Positions 27,101 to 62,700 of a stretch of DNA of 64,000 bases are shown piece by piece (position 1 is the stretch's first letter; every line of letters begins with the position of its first letter). This stretch comes from Lingula anatina. Taxonomy: Eukaryota > Animalia > Brachiopoda. The DNA is taken from NCBI GenBank assembly GCA_051362555.1, contig CM120640.1, positions 32,383,967 to 32,447,966 on the forward strand. The letters are read 5' to 3'. The position numbers were made by a program, and so were the translations under genes. The notes under the pieces are model-generated. The model did not search any database, was not told the DNA's origin, and was given only the letters and a program-made list of their open reading frames with translations.

Positions 27101-28887
27101 AAAGGCAAATCTGGGAGGCTGCTACTTTACCTCATTGTCTATCTCAGAATTGTCTATCACAGCTGATACTACATGGATAGACATGCTATTACACTGGATG
27201 TTCGAGTTGTAAAGTCCAATTAACTGCCGACAACAGTGCATGTGATATTTTGTGTTTTTTTTCGGTGATCTGTTGGCTCCAAGCATTTTTGAATCCAAAT
27301 TGGCGTTTTTCACATTTTTGAGACTTTCATAGGTTATCAAGGCATTGGGATGTGGGTGAGAATGCTAGAAAAGAGCGGTTGCTTTAGGGATATCAGTACC
27401 GTTTACTTAGGAATGGTGGTGAAAAGTCGCATTTTTGCTTATTGTAATAGGCCATAATTGTGCAGGCACCACCAGAGAGATAGTTGGCCACATGGAAATA
27501 AATGTCGATCCAAGTTTGACGCCACACGACAGTGTCAATCCATTGGGGATACGTACCCTGTCAAAGAGCTTTGAACATGAAAATCGGGCAAATTGCTCAA
27601 CATCAGACAATTGTGCACCCTCAGCACATGCGTAAAGGCAAAAGTGGAATCAATTTATGTGATCGTCAAATTTACGAAGTATGTCGTCAAGAAAATTTGC
27701 AATGTTAAATGTCAAGCCTGGATTGAAAGAAAGGAAAATATGCCAATCTGTTGTAGAACCCTCTTTCGTCAGATTGTTAAGGAAACGTTCTACTTAATCC
27801 AGCCTTAATTTGTAATCGCTTTACCGGCAGAACGCTACTGTTCAGCGTCCCCTTTAATTTTATGTTTTGCAATTTGGTTTGTAAAATTTTGTTAACAGCA
27901 CATTGCAGCAGCTAAGTAGATAAGTAAAGAGCTTTGGATCAATCATATTTGGCAGCTCTGTGAAGAAGGGGAGTGTGGTGGTGGTGAATAAAAAACATAT
28001 AAGTGAAATAAATTTTGGTTCCCCAAAGTCGCTAGAATTAAGGAGAGAAAGTCATCTGCTTTTTGCCTCGACATTTTTTTTGTAGTGTTAATTGTGAGTG
28101 AATAATAACAATTTGTGACCTTGTGACCTCTATATCTTTCGTGTATGAAACCAGCGTCGTATGTTCGTAGGATAGTGTGCATGTACCTCAACATTCAAAA
28201 CGCGTCTGTGAAAATGTAATGTAGAGAAAAGAACGAACAAGATCGATACGTGTTTATCGTTTCGCAACTCTTAGTTCTCTTGGCTAAGATAAAAATGGCA
28301 ACTGCCAATTTTCACATCAAATTACTACAGGCTTATCTTTATCATTTAGAAACAAAGTTCGCGAAAATCATTTTCATGATCATTTAGATCTTTGTAAACA
28401 CTCGGGTATGAACTTAAAATAACAAGCCAGTTGAGGCATATTTTGCGAATAGCCAAACAAGTTGTAACTGTTAAGATCTTTGATGCCTGCAGCGGAGATC
28501 AAGGGGTCGGTTTCATAATCTTCAATCACACAGCAGCTTCATAAAGCGAAATAAACATCAAACTGAAAGTACGGAAATACCTCTTGTGCGCCAAATCATC
28601 TCGTAGAGAGTGATGGATTCTGCAAAATCAAATATTATGTCTGGAAGTGATCTTAAGATGTCCTCTGTGTACCCCATTTTATCATTAACATTTTCCATTT
28701 GTTATGATGGAGAGTGTTAATTGATACTAAAAATAAATCACGGCTGAAACTGCGATTTCACAGGGCCAGGATAAAAAATGTTTATTGAATTATAAACTGC
28801 GAAATACGAGTCCCCGTTCGGCACATTCCGTTATGCGCCGGAGATAATCGAAAGCGCACATTACTCCCGTCCATCAACGTTAATTGT

Positions 28888-29246
28888 CGTTATCAAACAT
28901 GAGCTTTAAATTTTGGAGCACAAACGCACAAATTAACAACTCCAGCCACGAATTAACAATCCCAACGTAGAATTACTTGCCACAAGCTTGACGTTTCATA
29001 GCACATACAATTTGGCCAACTTGCAACCGGGTCTTGCTGTATACCAAGGCCCCCTATGGGTTCTTATCATACGACAGCGATGAGTTCTCGACAACCTTCG
29101 TCACATACGGAACATACCGGATAACCGGATAAACGGTTTGTGTAATGAAACGCTATGGTTGTGGCAAGTACTTCTAGTTAATTCGCGGCTGGAGTCGTTA
29201 ATTTGGGTATTTGTGCTCACGAATCTGAGGCTCGTTTTAGATAACG
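28888..29246. repeat. Old imperfect inverted repeat (fold-back/MITE relic), ~110-bp arms
   Basis: 28888-29005 aligns to the reverse complement of 29139-29246, with shared blocks GAGCACAAA, CAAATTAAC, ACTCCAGCC, CGAATTAAC, TACTTGCCACAA and CGTTTCAT. Confidence 0.75.
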
Positions 29247-30024
29247 CCTTATCCGTTTATAAGGTCTGTACAACAAGTGTATAAATAGTATTTGCGAACA
29301 CATCATGTTTACAAGCACAAACCCTTGGGTCCAATCAACAAATATCGTTTATGAGACATTCCTTTTTACCAAATGAGCGCCATGAAATTGGGACAAAAGC
29401 TTTGTGCTTTGAAATGAAGATCATCCGTTTTGATGACGGCTGCGCCGCTGTTCACAAGTCTTTTTGAAGCAAAAAAGCTTTCAATCAAAAGAATGTATTT
29501 CATTTCCGAAAATTTGATCAAAGAAACAGATTGACTTGACATAGAGCATTGTTCTTAACGCTTGTATGATTAAACGCCTGATTCTTTATTAAACGCATCT
29601 ACGGGTTTTCTAGGACTTTCAGTCTTCTTTTAAGCCATAATAAGCTTTCTTTATTCGTAGTTTGGTCGGCGCAATTTCAACAAGACTTCCGTGTATTTAG
29701 AATTTATTAAATGCCATCGTGAAATTATTTTGTAAGGGTTCAGGCATTAGCGCAAACATAACTTGTAGCGTAATACTTCAAAGCATGAAGTCTTTTGGTA
29801 GCGGCGGTTTACGAGGTACTCTGAACTTCAGAGTTCGACACTAGCATCCTTACCACACAAAAAACGTTCAATTTTTTGTTTTCGCAAATTATTTCGCAAA
29901 TTGTCATCAATTATTTAATAAATATTATTGAACAAGGGCGATCCAATGTGTTATGACTTAAAGGTATTGTTATTGTAATTTCATACCAAAATTGAGACTT
30001 TCGTACATACAACTATGATCAGCT

Positions 30025-30030
30025 TTTATT
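30025..30030 (-). terminator. Candidate CTPS polyadenylation signal AATAAA
   Basis: TTTATT on the plus strand ~1.14 kb downstream of the CTPS stop, coinciding with the edge of the CpG-poor domain. Confidence 0.4.
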
Positions 30031-31168
30031 GTACTATAAACATGCATATACAGTGTTCTCTCTCCTCAATGCATTTACCAATGTTCCAGCAGTCTATTAA
30101 ATTTTAATCTGAACCCCTTAAATATCACTTCAATTGTTCAAATAGGAGATCAACTCCTGTTATACTGACACAAGGTCAACATAAATTTCAAAAGTCGGAC
30201 ATACTTACTACCTCAACTCATTCAGCCTCTCTGTAACAAATCTTTTACATGTATGTTATGGCGCCAACAGCTCAGTAAAATGATTATGAATGATTCATTA
30301 CTAAATTGCTGTAGAAAATGTCAAGCTGAGTATTTAAAACATTATACATTACATCAACACTTTGAAGCATCTAAATATTTAGAGGTTATACAAGTAAAGA
30401 CATGTAAATGCAGGTACATATACATGCAAGGATATATTTTTTCTAAGGGCAGCATATGAGCATGTACTGATACCAGTACGACAATACAACTGAGTTAATT
30501 CAAATAACTTCAATTCAATGTGTTTATACACTGGAATGAAACAAAAAGGAACAAGGTTTTAAACAGTGATATCAAATTTACTTCTAGAAACATAATACTG
30601 TCTTTCGTGAAGTAACAACATGTAATCTATGACCTTGAACTTAAACACGCAATAGGCCGAAATGCACTGCTCCGAATGTCTATCTTGGATCTTCTATGCG
30701 GAAACAGTCACTTGTAATTACAAGAAGGATTAAAATCAATACAACTGCAATATTATATAAGTACAAAATAAGTTGGTGAGTGACATCTTGCCACAGTGAA
30801 ATTTCCAACTCGGTGATAAGCTTACTGGATTCCGAAACATTTGCTGTAATATTTGAGATTACTAAATAAATGTATATTTTCTTGAAAAGATGCCAAAAAA
30901 AAATTAAGCACTACAAAATGTCTAGAATAAACAATAAAAAATTATACATCTGTATTTAAGGAGAATAAAATAAAACTAAAACATTTCTAGTAAAGTACCT
31001 CTTAGTATATATTCGAGTTTTGTTACATTTGTAGCAGAAATGCTTTTACTAAATTCTCTATAATAAAAAGTCACTGTCACAAAAGAAGAGTGCACACCCC
31101 AAAACAGCCATGCATTTACATCCACTTCAACATTATAAATACAACTCATTATGGCAAGAATTTGTCCA

Positions 31169-55326
<24,158 letters not shown>

Positions 55327-56099
55327 ATTACTGTTACCAACAAACTGACTGAAATATCTTGAAAACCTACATTGGTAGAAAAGAGGTTCAGTCTTACTGC
55401 TTTAAGCTGTGCAAACAATGACGACGACAACACTATAAACCCTGTATATTTATATTATATTGACTAGGGTTTTCTGCAATTAGATGCCATTTCTTAACAA
55501 CAAATATGCTCTCCTACTTGAAATAATCAAAGCTCATTAAAATCACCTACTGGAAATATAAACATTGCAAAAATGTCATTTTCAGCATACATCACATACA
55601 AACATATTCCACTTGGCTTTGCAGCCAAACTCACCAAAGCCTCTTATTTCACTTATGTTATTAATAGATCACATATGATAAGCCATATGATATACTAGCT
55701 GGTGATATATTTATAGTGTTTATATACAGGTATTCGCTTTTTAAAAAATTTGCTCCAACGCCATGCAGAGGAGTTAAGCTTACCATTTCACTCACATCTC
55801 ACAGTACTACCCACTGTAATATTGTGGATTTATGGTTAAATCTAAGTTGAAGTGTCAGATAGTATCATACACATGTAACCAAGAGTGATATACAAGTTAC
55901 AAGGGGGGATAATTATCTGAAGGAACCAGCCTCTACTAATGCAATGTACCAAAAATCAAGAAAAGAGAAAACGAAAACAGTGTAAATTACACTAATATAT
56001 TTAAGACGTAGACAAGTCTTATCCAGTTCTTCAGATTCTTTCCTGAATGTTTTAAAGGAGTTTAAATCCTATTACACTGTCTATTTTAACGTGTTCTTT

Positions 56100-56597
56100 A
56101 CCTGTTCATAAAAGCAGCGTGGTCTTCACGTGTATTTTTTGTATGCAAATGCCTGACCCGAAATTGACCTAGTTTTGGAAGAGTTAGTAATGTACTGATA
56201 ATAGTAACAGATTATTTTCAGATGGCATTAACACTTATTAAAAAATCAAGAAAAAGAAACCTAATCGTTTGGGGAAAACAGAGAGGCTCTTTTTAGAGCC
56301 ACTCACTTTAAAATGATATATTTACCTTAATTTTCAGTCATCTTTTCGGTGCAAAACAGTCTGTCGCGCTACTAATTTAATTCGTGGGAATTGTGGGTAG
56401 TTGAAATATTGACCCGTTATCAAGCTGTGCAAATTAGAATGGGAAAACAAATATATTTAGTACATTTTGTATTTTAGAATTAAAACAATTTACATTTTTT
56501 TGGAGTTGAAATAATTTGATTTCGAATAATCGTTGGAAGGTCACACTTCCCGTTGCTGGCGAGAAAACAATGACCTTGATTTCCCGCGAAATTCAAT
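56100..56597. promoter_or_regulatory. Probable bidirectional promoter / 5' UTR region of CTPS and HDAC8
   Basis: Divergent ATGs 1.27 kb apart and CpG reappears. Candidate CTPS non-coding-exon donors CAG|GTAAAG (56101) and AAG|GTAAAT (~56325). E-box CACGTG 56127-56132; octamer ATGCAAAT 56143-56150; Staf/ZNF143-like TACCCACAATTCCCA (minus, ~56385-56399); TGACCTTGA 56571-56579; E2F-like TTTCCCGCGAAA 56580-56591. Confidence 0.6.
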
Positions 56598-56783
56598 ATG
56601 GAGGAGAACGACCAAAACGTCCTCCATAAAGATGCCTCGCCTGTCTATCAAACAGACGTTAACGGAGACACAGGAGGTTCTAATACCATTAGAAAAGGAT
56701 TATTACCAGAGAAGAAAGTTGTTTATGTTTGTAGTGCAGATTTTCTCAGTGAATGCGACAGAATTGCCAAGGTGCCATTTAGG
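56598..56783 (+). CDS. HDAC8: HDAC8 coding exon 1
   Basis: MEEND...[23 protein letters not shown]; donor AGG|GTAATT. Confidence 0.88.
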
Positions 56784-59700
56784 GTAATTATTAATGAGCT
56801 CCCCCCCCCCCCCCAAACACACACTTAAGATACCTGTACACATTTGCTGATTTCAGAAAACATGGAAATGCACCTTGGTGATCAAAATAAATGTTCAATC
56901 TAATGGAAAATGTATAGGTACACTATAGGTTGATCAATGAACGCAAGTATACCTTTTCATTTTCAATTAAATCTTATTTCACATGACATATCTGAAAGAA
57001 AATATAGCTTGACGTTGTCCTCGTTTTTATGTAAATATGTTAATTACTTGTTTGCTTTACTCTCAAGTCTCAGTGACTCATCAAGTCTCACTCAACATAT
57101 GACTTTTTTTTTCAATGACATTTTAGGCGAGTATCACACATGCTTTGATTGAGGCCTACGGACTGCTTCCAAGGATGAGGTAATTAAAAAGATAAATGTG
57201 TGTGTGGGCGTGCGCAGTCACACACACATACACACACACACACACAGTCATGGTGCAGGAATCACCAATATGAACAATACTCACTCGATCATTACAATTA
57301 ATATGTAAATCAATAATTTGTCATCTACTTTGTGTCATACTTCATTGGTAATGAGGTAGATTATATCAAGGAGTTATAACAGAAGGAGATTACACGCAAG
57401 CCTTTCTATTGTCCCATGTCTGTTACGGTGGGCGGAGCTAGCTACGGGGGGCCTCCGGTCTCAAGGTTTCGTCTGCGTTGCTCTCCTCAGCTTGGAGATA
57501 AATTTCATATGCGTTATTTCGCGTTAGAATTCGAGATCAGTAATGTCAAAGCGCCGCTGTATGCTGACGATTTTTTTCACAGGTAATTATTTCGACGATG
57601 TGCTGGAAGGGAACGATATCATAGAAAGCGATTATAAGGTGGTGACTGAGGATGGTCGCCATGACCTTTTTTTAGTCGGTGATAGATGGCTTTTTTATGG
57701 CACAACCCGGTGAAAAATCACCAAGGAGAAGTCAAAAGAAAACGTCCCAACTGTGGTTTGTGAAAATGACATTCAAGTGAACGTCTGTCCTCACTGCCAA
57801 AGGACATAATATTAATACATTAACGTTTGGACCCTCCTGCCCTTGGGTCCCATAAACATATACACTGTGACAGTGCCTACGCTTTGTGTCTGGTTTTAAA
57901 TTTCTTAAAGTATTTTTTCTCTCACTCGGTATAATTTTAATATTATAATGCATTTAATTAAAATTTTAATCCAAGGTTGAGGCAATGCCACGACACGTCA
58001 GTTTACTGAATACTCGTTATAAATTTCTTTATCTTGGAAATTTCCCTTTTTTTCAGGATTATTTGACACGTACTAACACTGTTCATATTTGTCGGTAAAC
58101 AAGTGCACAGTGCTATACATTAAGAATAATTTTTATTCATTCATAAATATATTTATGTACAAAATATCAGAAATTTTAGTATTCACTGAGCTCTTTAAAG
58201 TGAAACAAATAAAGATGAGAATATTGAATTTCAAACTATTATTTACTATATTAACTTAAAATATCTTTTAAGTCAACTCTATACTCAAGCACTCTATACT
58301 CATGAAAGTAGCATCTGTGAGTAAAACCATTTTATTATATCAATAGAAGAACAAAAACAAAATTTTACACATAAGCAGTAATAAATGAAGTCATAAGAAT
58401 GATTAAGTTGCTACAGTTTTCCAGTTTTATGCAGTCTATGATGGCATTTTTTTCAACCGTGCAAATAGAAATAATTATATTCTTTTTTATCTGACTTGCT
58501 GATACCAGTCTGTGCCAGATACTATTCCACTTACAGGCCAGCAAGGTCTGAGAATCTAATGGGCCGAATGAAAAAAAAATCCTAGAAGATAAAGTGGTTA
58601 ATTCTTACAAATAGGATAAAAAACATGGGATTTTCAAAAGGTTATTATAGATCAAGACAACACTTAGTAAGAACATTTATAAAATGTAACAGCTGAAAAA
58701 ATTAACTGGTAAGTAAGCAGTAAGTGACTGCTTTAAAGAAATTTCACTGAAACAGAAATTTCACTGGCAATCAGGTAGACTGTTATACCATGGCACTCAA
58801 CAATTTCTATATAGGTTTTGAATTTTTTTCCACGTAACAGTAACATAAAATTTATGTCCACTTTTGCAATGTATAGAGTCAGTTAGGTGACTGAAAATAT
58901 TTTCAAATGTCATAAAGGAGCACTATTAATTTAATGCAATCTCTGTTGGCCAGTCTTATCCAGTTTCTTCTCCAAAAAGGACAACTCAAGTGAGAATTTC
59001 TTCAGGGCCTTTTCTTCTGCCTTGCTAATGCCATGTCACTCAGAAAAGAGAGAAACCTGTAGGTTAGAAAAAAAAAATAATAGCATTATGAACTACTAGT
59101 ATCCATGTAGACATTATGGAATTACGCAGTGAAGTTTAATGTGTCTTGTTATGACTTGACTGAAATAATGTTCACCACATAAAATGAACAATTTACAACT
59201 AAATTTATATAGAACATCAAGATTCATGATCACAAGCTAATAACCCCAAGAAATTGAAAGAAATTGTACTTATTACAAGAAATTATTTAAATCCGCCCTG
59301 GTTCCTACCCTTCTGACAGGACAAAAAGGGGATTTCAGAGAGGCTGGTTGCTAAAAGGAAAATGCCCAAGGTTGTTGTATTTTGAAAAAAAAAAATTAAA
59401 AAGGGTACTGTTGTTAGTGAATGTTTAATGCATCTTAGGCATTATGACAAAAGTAGCTTACCCCAGACACACTGACCTCCTTTTTTCATTGACATATTTT
59501 AATTTTTTCCAGCCTGACCATAATTCATATATTCAATGCAGCCTTCTCCCATATCTATAATAGAAAAAAAAACTTGGGTAGTGTTAAGATATGCATGTCA
59601 AATTCATTATCAATTTTGAGAGAATTTCTGTTTCAACACTACAAGATGAAATATTTAATTTCAAGTAATGAATAAACCTTAATAGAGTTCTATTATTTTG

Positions 59701-62700
59701 TAACCACCGAGGCAAAGCTTCTTTCTTAAAATAAACTGAAACATCCAAGCTTGCCACCTAACATGCCAAAGTAGTGAAGTATAATTTAAGTAGAGAAGCA
59801 AGTACCCCTTAATTATAGAGGTGTCTTACACAATAAGGTGTGTCTTACACACCTTGACTCAAAGAGAGATGTGTAGTGAGATAACAGGTAAAGTAATTGG
59901 TGGAGCCTAGGTGAACTTAAAACCTTAAGACTTTAAATTAAGAAGCACCAGGATTCATGTGTGTTCTTTTTTCAAAGGTTTAATATGAATTAAAACATAT
60001 ATATGTAAAAAGAAGACTAAATCAGTTAAAGATAACTCTACCAAAGACACTGTGAAGTCAAACTTCCTGTTAGACCGCCATGATGGAAAATGCTGGGTGG
60101 AGGCAAAATTTTCCAGTCAAAAAAACTCAGCACTTTACTTTAACAACAAAGTTACCACTCCAAAGCCACCCACCATGGTGAGAAGAAAAATGATGACCAA
60201 CTGTCATGATAAGTCTTTTTAGATTTAAACATGAAAAAGGTAAAGGCCAAAATGGTACATTTACCCATAACACTAGAGTAAAAAATTGGTATTCTGAACA
60301 AATCAGGTTATTTTTTTCAAGAAATATTGGAGCAGTATCTATGCAATATATACCACGCCACGACCAAGATGTTCAAGAATCTAAACACACCAAATTTTTT
60401 TATAATCTTGCATTTGAAAAGTACAAAAAGCGGTAAGGCTTTTGGCCGTAACAAGCGTAACACTTTTTTATCGGAACTCATGAAAATTGTCAATTGTCGT
60501 ATCCAAGCTAGACCACATGTAAAATCGCAAAAAAAAACAATACTGCTCAAGCAAGTGTGTTGCACACATAACAATTAGTTAAATTTTATGACTGTCATGT
60601 GACACAAGTTTCAAAAAGTAGGAGGAAAATGTCTTTTGGAGTAATTTTTTTTTCGAAATATTAACAAGATGGCGGCTTAAGCATCTGCTTGTTATTCTTT
60701 GCTATTGCCACAAATTACTTAACAATTGCAACTGTATAAAGACCAAACTTTCTTCATCTGATACTATATTTATAGGCACTTGTTATGAGTAAGAAATATT
60801 TTTCGTGCAATATTTATTCTCCACACACCACCTCGCGAGATCAACGTGTAGCTGGACACTTACACAGTGAGACCCTACGACATAAAAGTTGCAATTTATC
60901 TTCATATTTCGTGTAGTTATGCATTTAAAAGCACTTACCTGTTTTTTGAAAACCTTGTCCAACATAATATCATATAAATTCTGTATTTCTCTTATGTTTT
61001 AGAAACTTTGGACTCCGTTTCTGTTTCTGTCCTCAAAAATCAACAGACGAAGGCACAGATACTAACAAACGAGATTTAAACGAGAGTAACAATTAAGCGT
61101 AACAGAGATAGGCATCCATTGTTCTCTGGGTTCTATTCATTCCGACCAATGAGAGACCGTAATACGGGCTCCGCCCCCACGCGTGTAATCTCCTTCTGTT
61201 ATAACTCCTTGATTATATTTATGGTCATTTACTGGATGTTTTTGTACTTGTATTAAAATATACAAAACATTTCCTTGGATTCATTTATTTATGGTTATTA
61301 TTTAATTTTCATTGGATTTTTCTTTCCTAGTGTGGTTCCTCCTAAACCAGCAACATTTGAAGAAATTTGCCATTTTCACTCAACAGATTACATAGAATGC
61401 TTACAAAGATTGTGCCAAGATGATAATCCAGACAAGTATGATGAGGAAGCTGAAGAATTTGGCCTGGGTAAATTCCATTGATTTTGATCTAGGACCCATA
61501 ATATCTTCTATCCTAGTTTTGATCAAGCCTTTGATTATGTAAAAACATCATATCACCTTTTGAGAAATTAAGAGGTCACAATTATACATATGGGACAATA
61601 TATTCCAGGCTGTTTAACTATTTCTTTTTCTAAATTTTATCGGTCAGCTTGCTTTTACAAACAGTGGCTGATGGAGAGGACTGAAAAAAACTTTTTAAAC
61701 AGGCATAGCCTTGATAGGCAGTTTGAAAATAAATTTCACAAGTTTCCAAACCTAAGTTTTAGAAAAAATAAAAATATTTAAATTCTTAACTGAAAGTTTT
61801 TTTTTTCATCTTTATGTAGGTTATGACTGTCCCGCAGATGAAGGTGTATATGACAGTGCCTCTTGGGCAGCAGGGGGGACACTTACAGCAGCTGAACATC
61901 TGGTCAGTGGTCAGTGCTCAGTGGCCATCAATTGGGCAGGAGGCTGGCATCATGCCAAAAGGTGGGTCTTGCAGAAAAAAAGAATAAGGATATATTAATA
62001 TAAAGAGATTCATGATATCTCTTCAACTTTTACCTTTGAATAATATTTAGAAAAAGTTGATGCTTCTGAAATTCATGTATTTTTTTTTCTCTGAGAACTT
62101 TAAAATTTCTTCAAAATAAAAGAAAGCCATACCAGTTGTAAACAGTGACTTACCACATTTTTCCAGTATTTGACATTATGTTTTTGCCCCAAAAAAGATG
62201 TATTGTCAAATATGCACAGGAAGATTTTTAGGCCTGGGGGTGTGGGTGGGGGAGCTTGAAAGAACAGTTCTTTTGATTGAAAGGTCCTTCCTGAATCACA
62301 ATTTGATCTTTAAGTAGGTTCTATGCCATTATCCACAATTTTTTCAGAAAAAGAACTCCCCAATTTAAACCTGCTGTTTGTATGCCATTTCCAGTTGTAA
62401 TTTTTTTAATGGAAATGTGCTGAATAGAATTGTGCTATTGCAATTCAAGATGTGTCCTTTTTTTTTCAGAGATTCAGCTGCTGGTTTCTGCTACATCAAT
62501 GACATTGTGCTAGGAATATTAAAGCTACGGACCAAATATGACAGGGTTTTGTATGTGGACATTGATCTTCATCATGGGGATGGTAAGATGGCTAATACTT
62601 ATGTATACACTGTATTATACGATTTTTACTTTTTCACAAGTTAATTCAATTTTTTAAAAAGTAAAGGTGAAATACTTATGATCGTCAAAGTATCTAACTT

